Shown in pieces: positions 1-12,725 of a DNA stretch of 64,000 bases (its first letter is position 1; every line of letters begins with the position of its first letter). The translations under genes and the position numbers were made by a program. Source of the stretch: Octopus vulgaris (lineage: Eukaryota); NCBI GenBank assembly GCA_951406725.2, contig OX597815.1, positions 198,772,001-198,836,000 on the forward strand, written 5' to 3'. Below the pieces are notes generated by a model, which saw only the letters and a program-made list of their open reading frames with translations, was not told the DNA's origin and ran no database searches.

Positions 1-22
1 TATCCTCATCTTGTTTGTTGTT

Positions 23-68
23 AACACAACGTTTCGGCTGATATACCCTCCAGCCTTCATCAGGTGTC
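23..68 (-). ncRNA. Minimal type I hammerhead ribozyme, family A
   Basis: Minus strand reads GACAC-CTGATGA-A-GGCTG(gagggtatat)CAGCC-GAAAC-GT-T-GTGTT: intact core, 5-bp stem II, palindromic ACGT stem III, GUU triplet, stem I GACAC/GTGTT. Confidence 0.85.
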
Positions 69-141
69 TTGGGGAAACTTCGAACCTCCGTTCTCATTCC
101 TAAGGTATTTTTCGATGTTGTTGTTATTATTATTATTATTA

Positions 142-191
<50 letters not shown>

Positions 192-208
192 GTTGTTGTT
201 GTTGTTGT

Positions 209-241
<33 letters not shown>

Positions 242-308
242 TATTATCATCACCACCATCATCATCATCAACATTATTATTATCATTATTGTTATATTAT
301 TATTATTA

Positions 309-378
<70 letters not shown>

Positions 379-382
<4 letters not shown>

Positions 383-701
383 TAGTTTTATTTTTATAGC
401 GTGCTTTCACTTCACTACCGAGCGCAGCTCTGTGTGCCTTGGGTATGTGCTGTGATTTGTTGTGTTGCTCTGATGGTTATTGTATGGAAAGTGTTCTGCG
501 TAGGATGTGTGCAGTGCCTAGTAGTGCAATTTTATGTATGTTATATGTGTTTGTAAGTCCTGGTGTTTTTGTTATGTATTTGTCTGAATATTTTTTTATC
601 ATGCCTAATGCACCTACTATGATAGGAATTGTTTCTGTTTTCAGGTTCCACATTCTAGTTACCTCTATTTCCAGGTCTTTGTATTTTGAGAGTTTCTCCA
701 T
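379..701 (-). mobile_element. 3' end of an R4/Dong-clade non-LTR retrotransposon (RLE C-terminus plus 3' UTR)
   Basis: ORF 477-701 EKLSKYKDLEIEVTRMWNLKTETIPIIVGALG...ALLGTAHILRRTL is a typical R4-clade RLE C-terminus, and it ends in (TAA)n. Confidence 0.85.
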
Positions 702-725
702 TTCTTCTTCTTCTTCTTCTTCTTC

Positions 726-808
<83 letters not shown>

Positions 809-894
809 TAGGTCACTGCTTGGAATCGAACTCGGAATCATGGGGTTAGCAACCCGCGCTCTTAACCACTACATATATCTCCAACAAAGTATCT

Positions 895-990
895 GTTGTG
901 TTAACAGCAAACAAGACGAGGACAAATATCCGTCAAATGTAAATAATGTGAATAATGTACATAATTCCACAACTCTTAAATATAGAACAG
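895..990 (+). mobile_element. Inverted 3' fragment of family A
   Basis: Matches 63307-63400 (gttgtgttaaca...aaatatagaac). Confidence 0.85.
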
Positions 991-1685
991 TTTTCCTTTT
1001 ATTTAAAAAAATTTCAGAGTGTTGTTTCATTCAGATTTAGCTGATTTATTTAATAGTTTGTATATTTCTCGAAGAGATATGAGTATTTGTGTTTTAGCTT
1101 TCTGAAATGGCATTTGTTCTTGTTTGTTTTGACTTCTGGAACTTAAGCAAAATTTTGGATCAAAATAGTTCCAAGCTTTTACTTTTTTATATTTATTTAC
1201 ATATATCTCCAACAAAATATCTGTTTTACACTTCTTTTTTTTTATTTTCAGTGGGTTAACCAAATGAGAAAGAGCCGCCCGTATAGCTGTTTTCCAAATG
1301 TTCGGAAGAGAATGTTATCCTCAGTCCGAATATATGAACCGAAACCTTTCAAACGGAATTGACTTCACTAAATATAGCTGACATCAAGTCGATGGCGATA
1401 AACCAGGTGACTAATAAGTCTACAAAACTCTGATGTCAATGTCGCCGAAAAAAAAAATTGATCATTTTTTTCAGAATAAGAATATGAAAAACGAAAATCA
1501 TATTGGTTTCTTTCAACTTCCACAAAGCACGATTTTGATTGAAAATATATTTTAATATTGGAGCAGTACAAAAAATTGCTTTGAAATTAAATCATTTCTC
1601 CCAAGATTTAAAAGAATAATCATAACAGTATTCTACTCAGAAATACAGATGTATGTGTGTGTATGTGTGTACTCACATTTGCATT

Positions 1686-1711
1686 TATATGTATATGTAT
1701 ATGTATATGTA

Positions 1712-1757
<46 letters not shown>

Positions 1758-1758
1758 G

Positions 1759-1823
<65 letters not shown>
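1686..1823. repeat. (TA)n microsatellite, representative of dozens in the window
   Basis: Direct reading. Confidence 0.98.
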
Positions 1824-1827
<4 letters not shown>

Positions 1828-2688
1828 TATATTTATTCGCACACACATACTTATATTTGTATTGAAAAATTTCGAATGCATTGCAGGTGTTTATTCCTGA
1901 AGAAATATAGAACATAATACTTCGCTTCTATAATTTTATTTTCATACGATGCCCGTCAATACTATACGACCTCATACTCGTACTCCATCTCAAATATTGT
2001 GTCGATTTCATACGTTAAAACATCTATTCAGCATAGAGACTAAAGAAATTGTATCAGGTAATAAGAACTAATTGATTTGGCGTTGTTATAATTACTTCCA
2101 TCGTCGAGTAGTATAACATGAATTTGCCAGAGAAATGGAAGGATGAAACCGATGTCATTCAAACTATGTATAAATCAAGTAAAATCTGTTTCAAATCACT
2201 CGCTAAATTTTTTTAAATGAAGGAATCATTCAACTTTATTATCCTTGAAAAACAAAGACCGGATAGTTTTTTTGCAATCATTTCGATGCATATCATTCGG
2301 ATAATTGCATACCGAAAGATAAACGACGAAGGCAACATTTAAAACATTTTCATTTGCTGAAGGCTACTGTGTACTTGTAAAATAATAAAACCACTGAATC
2401 ATGTCCGCGGCTGTTCCACGCTCGCTGTAATAATTAAAATAGTATTAATCATGGATTAATAATGGTTTATTATTTTCTTTTATCCGCACTTAATTATTTC
2501 TAGTTAGTATATTAATGATCCCTATTTTACATACATACGCACAGACCTATACACACGCACACATACACACATGTATATATAATCAAAATAAGCAACAATC
2601 ACCCCATGGATTTATATGGATAATACCATGCAAAATTCTGGTGCCTTTGACTAAGTACCATATTCATCTGAATCTTAATTTTGCTGAA

Positions 2689-2741
<53 letters not shown>

Positions 2742-2746
<5 letters not shown>

Positions 2747-3254
2747 CAAAATGAGACAAGAACGCAAAACATTCAAATAGACGACACAAAATACGGACGG
2801 GTCATTCGAAGCCTCTAATATTCAGTCAAGAACCTGATCATCCTCGCAATTTCGGCTGATTAATCTTGAGATCGCTCCGATCTGGCCAGCCCCAAGGAAA
2901 AACTGAGCTACGAGCATTAGATTTCTTGGAAAAAGGATCGAATGTATACGAAACAAGGACAGAAAAACGGACGATGCCACACGAATATAAATACAAAAAA
3001 CAATAATAGTAAAAACAGGACAAAAACAGCGGGTGTCTTACGACTTTAGACAGTTCAACTTAGCTTAGCTGGCGTGTTTGGATAATAATGCCTTACGGCA
3101 GACGAAGAGATCGATGTTGTCGTGGCGGTCCTCAGAAGCCGAAAGGCTAGTTGACCGGCGGTCACGTGAGAGGAGAAGAGAGGCTTCGAATGACCCACCC
3201 TTTTTATGTGTCGTCTATTTGAATGTTTTGCGTTCTTGTCCCATTTCGTATTTT
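2742..3254. mobile_element. PLE-like non-autonomous element family E with ~75-bp inverted ends
   Basis: 2742-2816 is the reverse complement of 3179-3254, with (TA)n on both sides. Degenerate HHR-like motifs occur on the minus strand (GGCTG...CAGCC-GAAA; CTGAATA...CGAA). Confidence 0.6.
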
Positions 3255-3353
3255 TATATATATTTTTATACATATATCATTGCGGCATAACGTACACCTT
3301 GTTCTCTTAGATATATATATATATCCCACTCCCGCCCCCACCCGCGCGTTATT

Positions 3354-3414
3354 TTAATACATATGTCTGTTGTCTACACCACTTGTCTTCGTCTTTTGTT
3401 TCTTGGTAAATTCT

Positions 3415-3417
<3 letters not shown>
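3354..3417 (+). mobile_element. 3' fragment of HHR family C
   Basis: Reverse complement of ~12278-12343; ends at (TA)n. Confidence 0.75.
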
Positions 3418-3468
<51 letters not shown>

Positions 3469-3599
3469 ATAACGGCGGGTGGGTTCGGGAGTGGGGAAAT
3501 CAAGGGTGGGGTGTGGGTTAGGCTGAGGGTGGGGTATGTGGGAGAGTCCAAGCAGTAAGAATAATATGCTTTAATGTTACACGGTATAAACATACGAGC

Positions 3600-4135
3600 T
3601 ACAAATAATGTTTTCGGTGAATTCGTGTGTCGAGGCAGGTTTCATTACAGGTCTTGTGTCTTCAAGCAATCTTCGGGCTGTCTCTGAGCACATGGTCTGT
3701 TCTACTTGACAATATCACGAGAAATAAAACGAGAAGAGGGTTGTAGCAAAATGTAGAACGGAGAATAAAATCGGAAGAAGAAAAAGAAAATTAACGCTTA
3801 GATCCCTCCTACAGTAGAAGTCATAAATAAACTAGTTGTAGAATAATTGAACGGGGAGTAGTCCAAAATCTGCGTGACAGATACGGAAAGGGTCTTGATC
3901 TCCAGGTCGCCAAAAGTAATTTGTCCATATTCATGCATTTGATGCAAACTTTCGGGTCTGGAATTAACTAGTGCTGTTAAATTCTTAGATCTAAAGAGAA
4001 TATGCATTCTTCTATCTATACATATGTTGCATTTATATAGGGCATAGATTTATCTACGATTCTCCACTTGATTGTATGTGGTGTGATGTTGGCCTTCAAA
4101 CTCCATACGTTGCTAGCCAACTTTTTAGCTGTCGA
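3600..4135 (-). mobile_element. Decayed Penelope-like element: GIY-YIG C-terminus and 3' UTR
   Basis: Translates to KLASNVWSLK...IKWRIVDK...KCNIC...LVNSRPE and is homologous to 48400-48960. An HHR-like CCGAAGA-TTGC...GTAA-T-GAAAC lies at ~3639-3679. Confidence 0.7.
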
Positions 4136-4563
4136 TGTGCCGGAATGAGTCAATGCATATTTTAATCACCATATCCTGGACTGACGAATGCAAAATTGAC
4201 ATAAACTGGTTTTGCACTCAGAACGAAGGAGTATGATTATAAATGCAGCAATTAATTACTCTGCCGCTCTATAGTTTGCCTTTCGGTGCTATAATAGCCT
4301 CCTTAATCATAAGCGATAATTCTCTGGATCGTCAGTGGGCCGTTGGATTGCCATCCAGGATAGAAAGCATTATGCATCCTGATGAAGCTTATTGTTTGTC
4401 GAGATCTTGATTATAGCTGGAGATTGTTTCGTTGAGGAAAAAGTAACGTGGAATTATTTCATCTGGAACAACGAGAACTTTAACTTCAAGAAGATCAATA
4501 ATAGAGCATCTATTAGGTCAATCGGCCCGTTAGAAATAACAGTCAATTCTATCATAATGCAAC

Positions 4564-4780
4564 TTATCTATTACATTAAATCCGTTCTGTCTGTCTGTAT
4601 GTGTGTCTTCTAGGATCTCGGGCATCCTCCATCCGATTGCGCTCAAATTTGATATGTAGATACCGACGATATCAGGGCGTTTATAAGACTTGAAAAAATT
4701 ACAAAAATCGATTCCAGGTGAGAATGCGATCAATAAAGCCGTTTTTGTCCTGCTTTTCTTCCGTCAACCTGTACATAACT
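4564..4780 (+). mobile_element. Possible non-autonomous Helitron/Helentron-like 5' end
   Basis: TCTATT...(CTGT)n...CCGATT...AAATTTG layout resembles DINE-1/HINE-type ends; no 3' hairpin was confirmed. Confidence 0.3.
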
Positions 4781-7026
4781 GCACCTTCCATTTTTTGTTG
4801 TACTGTTTAAAGGCACGTTTCTTTCCTGCCAAGCTTACTGTTTAAACCGTGTTTGCGTTCTCCCAGTCAACAGCCTTATCATTACTGGTACTTTAAACTT
4901 GCATATTTGTGTGAATAAAATAATTTTTCTTTGGAATAGAAAAAAGTACTTTCTTTATTTCTTCTTTTGCTGGTGTCTCAAATTTAGGTTAAATCAGTGC
5001 TTCTCAAAGGGGAGGCCTATGGGACGGTTGGACAAGTTATTTTCAGAAAATTTGGTTTAAATGTTTGACAACTCAGCACCGTCCATTGGATGGGGGAGGG
5101 CGTTTTGCTCGTTATTTAAATAAAGAAGAACTTTTGATTAATATTATCCTACATGCATAATATCAGAAAAATAAATTGCATACATACTACTGAAATATTT
5201 TTGATGACAGATATAGTAAATCATGTTTAACCTAACGTTTAACAACTGAAGCTAGGTTCAGTTTGAAACATCGATATACGCTTTACACATTGGATTATAC
5301 GCGTACTCATATACGTGTATCACGAATGTATATATGCATATGTGTGTTATATAAATGTGTACATGTGTGTACGTATGTATGTGCTATAACAAGCTGGAAG
5401 TTAAATTGAAGTTTCAGCGAATGTAACTTCTCAAACTACAATTCAAAAGTTATTGTTAGTACAAGTATGTTAACGTTAAATGTATAAGAGAGGCACAGTG
5501 CTGGCTGACGTAAGGAAACCAAGAAAACGAGTCGAAGCAATTTGAAAAACCAAACTGTACAGTACTTCTGTCTATCATTTAAACTGTTTAACAAAAATGG
5601 AAGACTGAAGTGTTAGAATGTTGACCAGCTTAATAAAATTACCCCGGGAATGTTATTCAAAATTACTGTATGTGTTAGAGATTAAGACGTATAACTATGC
5701 ACCATTGGTGGTGTTGAAATATAATTAAATATTAGACGTTAACACCCTCGATCTTATTTCTTTATATCATACATTACATTCTGACCATATTTATTAAATT
5801 TTGCCTTTCCAGATCTCTTAATCCCTCATATTCAAATCAATCATTATCCACACATATGGCTTCTGCTTCAAGATCTATATCTATCTTTCGAATTATAGTT
5901 AGACAAGACACCTCCAGTGAATCATAGAAATAATGTTTTCTTATGATAAATATTCAGTTTCATATTCAGTTTACGTTTGTGTTTATATATTTAAGAACCT
6001 AATGGTACTTCTATCTGTGGATATGTGTGTATTCCGAGATTAACGGTTGAATATTCACTTTATATTTAAAAGAATTGTTCACTTCTTTTGACGTTTTAAG
6101 AAATGCAGCTAAATTATCTTTTCAAAATACCCTACGGTGTACACGCGCAGAAGAATATATTCGGAAATGTCTTCCTTGATATACTATGGAAATTATAGTC
6201 GTCTCGGAAATTCTTCTCTCATAGTTCTAACTGATAAAAGATGATATGGAATTAAAGAATAATGTCACGACTTGCAACATCTATGAATACCTTCAATCAA
6301 TGAATTAGAAATCCTGTCTACGATATCTCGACTTACTAGAAAAAGCAGAGTGAAATGTCTTTCTGATCGCTTACCGCCTCGATAGAGGATTAACACCTTT
6401 GGTTAGTTGCAGTCCTAGATACGCCATGCCTGAACTGAAAAAAAAAACAACAAGCAAACAAACAAAATCAAAACAAACCAATGCTACAATCGAGAATAAA
6501 ACGTGTGTAATCCTATACCTGTACCTTTAGAATTATGTAGGATATATATACACAATAAAAGTGGGACCAACAACAACGGAAAGAGCATTGAAACATACAC
6601 ATAGATAGATACACACACACACACCGTATAGATGCATGCATGCAACCATGCATACAATTCTGTACTATTACAATCTTCGTCTTAAGAGTTTGAATCCATT
6701 TCAGTAGGGAACTAATTTAAATACACAAACTAATATATTCATATGTGCTTGATGTTATTCTAAGATCTATGGCAAGAATCTGTTTATAGTTTTATTTTTG
6801 TTTTTCATCTTACGCATTTCTGATGCATCTGTTTTGATTATCATAATGGCATGTTTTATGTAATTCTTGATATTATTATACGACTGTAGCCCGGAGCTGT
6901 AGTCGTGTATGTTCAAAAGGAAACAACGAGATAGATGATGAATGGAGAACGAAATAGAGGGAGAAGAGAAAGACAGAAGAGAATATGTATAAATACATAC
7001 GTATATATATGCATACATATATATAT

Positions 7027-7137
<111 letters not shown>

Positions 7138-7228
7138 GTATATATATATATGTATGTATATATATATATATATACATACATACATATATATATATATGTA
7201 TATATATATATGTATGTATGTATATATA

Positions 7229-7272
<44 letters not shown>

Positions 7273-8009
7273 CATGTGTGTGTATGTGTGTATGTACATA
7301 ACTTTTGTGTAAGTATGTATAGGTGTGCTTATGTGCGTGGGTGTGGATCTGTATATGTGAAATATGCACGAGGTTTAAGAATTAGGAGATAGGAAAAGGA
7401 AAACAAAGCCAATGACAGACATTGATGATAAGAATGCTTCCAAGCGTGCGAGATTTTGTATCTGCATACACACATGGGCGTGTTTATCTATGTATGTATG
7501 TGAGTGAGCGTGTATCGTTCTCTCTATCTATCTATCTTTCTCTATTCCTGTGTATACATATATAATATTTAAAGAAAAATTTGCTAAGACAAATAAAGCA
7601 AAGTGGCCAGTGGCATGTATATGAACAACACAGACAAATTCAGGTATATCAAAGAGACAGATACACGTGTCTACAACTCTCTTCAATTCTCTGACAATAG
7701 GCTTTTCCTTACCCTCAATAGCACGTCGACTTTGGAGAATTCTTCATTTATGAGATCATAATACCATATATCTTCTCACGCGGAGCTATGGAGCTGGTTT
7801 CAATTGTCAATTGGTAATGGTGACAGACACTGCAGAAGTGAAAATAATAATTTTAATTAGTTAAGCACGTATGCTGCGTAGAAGTTTATACACCAGCATG
7901 TGCGTGCGTGTGTATGTGTATTCATATGATAAGGTGAGAAACACATATATATATATATATATATATGATAGATAGATAGATAAATAGATAAATAGATAGA
8001 CAGATAGAC

Positions 8010-8063
<54 letters not shown>

Positions 8064-8074
8064 TTAGACATATC

Positions 8075-8132
<58 letters not shown>

Positions 8133-8310
8133 TACGTTTATATATTTGTTGTGCAAGATTTTTTATGTGAAGTTGTGTGTTGAAACAGATATTGTTATAT
8201 TTCGGAATGGTCATTTTGCCAGTTTAGCCAATAAAAACACACGCACTATATATTTGGTGTTATTTTGTTTCAGTGTTATTTATTTTTTACATTAATCTTA
8301 ATCTTATTTC

Positions 8311-8355
8311 GGCCAGAGTTCTTTCGTCACACATCTGTGACCGCATCAGTGGTCC
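8311..8355 (-). ncRNA. HHR-like motif, family B
   Basis: CCA-CTGATGC-G-GTCACA(gatg)TGTGAC-GAAAG-aa-CTC-TGG; A9 is substituted. Confidence 0.55.
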
Positions 8356-8423
8356 TTTGTTTTCTTCTTCCTTATTTGTGTCTCTCTTTTTGTAAAGAGA
8401 TTAGTAAGAAAGAAGAAAACAAA

Positions 8424-8468
8424 GGACCACTGATGTGGTCACAGGAATGTGACGAAAGAACTCTGGCC
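8424..8468 (+). ncRNA. HHR-like motif, family B
   Basis: CCA-CTGATGT-G-GTCACA(ggaa)TGTGAC-GAAAG-aa-CTC-TGG; the loop differs from the other copy while the stem is conserved. Confidence 0.55.
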
Positions 8469-8588
8469 GAAATAAGATTAAGTTTAATGTAAAAAATAAA
8501 TAACACTGAAACAAAATAACACCAAATATATAGTGCGTGTGTTTTTATTGGCTAAACTGGCAAAATGACCATTCCGAAATATAACAAT

Positions 8589-8666
<78 letters not shown>

Positions 8667-8886
8667 TGATAGATAAATAAAAATAAGGCCCTTCATGAAG
8701 CACAAGAGGGAGCTGCCCAGCAGAATATATTTACTAAACCAGGGAGTTTAATATGCCTACGTGGCACCTGTTTCTTTGAGTGTGTGTGCATGTACGTAAA
8801 TGATTGCATGTGCTTGGTTTCGCATGTATGTGTTTGTGTATGAGTATTATCTATCTGCAATATGTTCTATTTGCGAGTAAGTATAT

Positions 8887-9940
8887 GTGCATGATGCATT
8901 CCAGGCATTTTCAGGATAGTCATTTTATTAATTTCAAAGAAGTACAAGACTCTAGTGTCCAGTCTAGGATTGTCATATCTTCAGAGAAGACACCATGGAA
9001 TTCCACAAAAGTGAATTTTTTCCATGATCTTTATCACACTCTCCTTCACCTTCAAACTGACTTTCCCTATGTGTTTCCCCCAATTTAGTAAACCAACAAA
9101 GCTCATAGGGAGCAAGATCAGGAGTGCAGGGTGAGTGAGGGGAGATTTTGTGCCCATTTCTCTCAAATGCTCATCACTGAGCATCCTGGAAGACTTTGCG
9201 TATTTCCTGATCTTCATGAATAATTCTGTGTACAGTTGCCACTCCATTCCAAACTGGTTGATTATTGTTAATATGGAAACATTAAGCTCTTCATTCAGAG
9301 AATGCCGAATTTCTTTAACCGGCTGTAGTACTCAGTTGTCGTCTTCCTCCCATAGCACTCAATGCTTCATACTTCCTCTCTACTGTTCTTGAAGCTCTTC
9401 TTCATAAGCAGTCTGGAGGATTCTATAAGTTTCTGCCACGGATTTCCCCATTTTAACGTTAACAACTTAATTGCATAAAGAGCTTCCAAATTTTCTTTAC
9501 GTCCCACTTGCATTCTGGAAACCACTCAGCTGTGACAAGTAGTGATTAGTAGCGTGTGTTCAAAGTGTTGTGTTAGCCGTCTTTAAACTGGAATAAAACG
9601 CTGCCAAGTCAGATTATTAGTTGTATAGTAATGATATACAGTAATCCCTCGACTATCGCGGCTGGTACGTTCCAAAACACAACGCGATATGTGAAAATCC
9701 GCGAAGGAGAAACAATACTGTACTTTATAATATTTTTATCAATTTTTTATAATTTGTATATATTTATTTTATTATAAATGCAAAGCAACACCGCGGAGGA
9801 TTCGACATAACCTTAAATAATAAACCGCGACAGTTGAAACGCGATAGGTGAACCGCGATTTGGCGAACGATTACAATTGTCTAGGATAGTTTTTTCAACC
9901 TCCCTAAGAAAGTCTCAAAACCTCTGGAACGCACCTCGTA
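8887..9940 (-). mobile_element. Decayed mariner transposon
   Basis: Remnant peptides KMGKSVAETYRILQTAY and PHSPCTPDLAPYELCWFTKL (compare HPPYSPDLAP); TIR-like TACGAGGTGCGTTCC at the 9940 end. Confidence 0.7.
9639..9875. mobile_element. Tigger/pogo-like MITE nested in the mariner relic
   Basis: TA then CAGTAATCCCTCGACTATCGCGG, with imperfect inverted end CCGCGATTTGGCGAACGATTACA. Confidence 0.65.
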
Positions 9941-10343
9941 TATTTATATCATGACGAAGATGAATGAATTTGAACATGTTAAGTATACATCGTAGTCGCA
10001 TTGTAACTTATGAAATTTCTTAACATTTCCTTGTTAATATATCGTGCTTCCTTCTGCAGTTCTAAAATGCACGGAATATAAAACCGTTATATGTAACGCA
10101 GGCAAAGTTTCGCCACATAAAATTCATCCCACAGTAAAAACCATACTTCAGAGAGTTATTCGTGTCTTAGCGATGTTAGCGTGGAAAAGAAACGGTAAAT
10201 GAAATAAATGCACGCCCGTTCAAACAAATAAATGCCTATGTATACACACACATACGCACGCACGAGTAAGCAAATTAATGCAAAACGAGGTAGGAAATAA
10301 AGTACTTGAATACCGAAAGTATATATATATATATATATATATA

Positions 10344-10506
10344 TGACGAGCTTCTTTCAGTTTCCGTCTGCCAAATCCATTAACAAGGCTTTAGTCCGTA
10401 CGAGGCTAGAGTAGAAGACACTTGCTCAAGGTGCCACACAGTGGGACTAAATCCGGAACCATGTGGTTGGGAAGCAAGCTTCTTACCACACAGCCACTCC
10501 TGCGCC
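10344..10506 (-). mobile_element. tRNA-derived SINE family S1, 5' half
   Basis: Matches 13457-13620. Confidence 0.9.
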
Positions 10507-11129
10507 ATATGTATATATATATATATAATATACACATATTTATATATATATATATGTAAACATGCAAACTCATATACGCCTGCAAGTACTTACATATACG
10601 GACGTACGATATTTACATATGAATTTTAATTATTCGTCATTTGATTCAAGTAAATTTATTTAAAATGCTACAAGAGGACCGAATAATGTTTACAATCCTA
10701 CACTGAATACATTGGCTGCACTTTGAGCATATATCTACGCATATAGAGAAAAAGACCTGCATATGTGTATTTCACAAATGAATGTAAGAATATATATGTG
10801 TATATATATGTATGCGTCTATGTATGCTATATATAAATATACATATAAACATACATGTGTGTGTATATATACATACACTCACATTTTGTAGTCTGTCCTT
10901 CTCTTGATCAGCCTGAACCCACTGCATATTTTAATCGAAATCTATCAATTTATTTGGCAAACCTCTAAATGGCTAAACAGAAATAGAGCAGCCATTTGTA
11001 AGCAAACAAAACATAAAGAAATATATGAGACACATATGTATCTCCGTGTATGTATATATGTATATAAGCATACACACATATATATAAACACATATTTACA
11101 TATACATACACACTCACATGCATAAACAA

Positions 11130-11577
<448 letters not shown>

Positions 11578-12100
11578 AAGTTATTAACTTTTGTAAAACA
11601 TAGTTCGTTAAATATTGAGACAGAATCAAGTAAATTTTTTTCATGACTACGCGTTCTTTGTCTGGTTCTGAAATATAGATATTCTGGTTTAAGCAAATAT
11701 TTTCTTCTACAAGAAAAGATATAGATTTAATTGTCTCAGAATTTATTACAGCTTCTTCAGATTTCCATTCCTCATTTTCCTAGCAATAGAAATAATGGAG
11801 GTGGATAACCGTTCATATTGTTTATAACATTGGATGAAAGTAGTAGCAAAACATGACAAGTGTCGGTATGATTAATTTTAGTCTCATTTATCATAATATA
11901 CTGCTGTGCTTCAGTTAATTAATTCAAATTTCATTGTTCGCACTAATGCAACAGACATAGGAGGTTGCTTTCTGAAGGTACGGTTTCGAGGTCTGAGCAG
12001 CACCTGTGCAATTTTCTTTTCTTTTTTTTCTTAGCCACGGGCCCACCAACGCCTTTTGAGTGAATTTGGCTGATGGAAAGTGAATGAAGCCTGTCGTACA

Positions 12101-12188
<88 letters not shown>

Positions 12189-12242
12189 TATATACATATA
12201 TATATATATGTATGTGAGTGCGTGTGTATGTATGTTTACACA

Positions 12243-12277
<35 letters not shown>

Positions 12278-12282
<5 letters not shown>

Positions 12283-12462
12283 ATTCACGAAAAAAACTAA
12301 AGACGAAGACAGGTGGTGTAGACAACAAACAGATGTATTAGTATAACGCTCGGGAAGGGAAAAAGTCTTTAATATTTCGAGCTTACGCTCTTCCACAGAA
12401 AGGAACACAGAAAGAAACATGGAGAGAATGTGTAGTGGCTAGCGAACTATCATGGCGAATGC
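12278..12462 (-). mobile_element. HHR family C element (HHR-like motif 12366-12403)
   Basis: CTGTGGA-A-GAGC(gtaa)GCTC-GAAAT-AT-T-AAAGA; homologous to 36624-36812 and 52957-53165; 3' end abuts (TA)n. Confidence 0.75.
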
Positions 12463-12656
12463 CGATACTATTTAAAGTTGCATACATACACACACATATA
12501 TGTATATATACACATGTGTGTATATGTATGTATGTATTCATATATATATATATATGTACATATATGTTTAAATATATATATATATATACATATAAATATT
12601 TATATTTATATGTATGGATATATATTTGAATACATGCTTATATATACATACTTATG

Positions 12657-12725
<69 letters not shown>

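Larger units (their letters stand above)
1..872 (-). mobile_element. Composite element: tRNA-like head, (TAA)n, HHR-bearing tail (family A), interrupted by an R4/Dong fragment
   Basis: Head 872-811 has an A box (TAGTGGTTAAG), a GCT anticodon-like loop and a B box (GTTCGATTCC). Tail 116-1 matches 63220-63335, which also follows (TAA)n. Confidence 0.65.
8131..8590. mobile_element. Family B element present as a divergent inverted pair (~180-bp arms)
   Basis: 8189-8369 is a near-perfect reverse complement of 8410-8590; flanked by (TA)n and (GATA)n. Confidence 0.9.

Noticed and set aside
811-872. tRNA-Ser(GCT) gene
   Set aside because: T-arm and acceptor stem do not pair; treated as a SINE-type head.
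4375-4440. CCTGATGAAG as a possible hammerhead core
   Set aside because: No stem II or GAAA-stem III-UH downstream.
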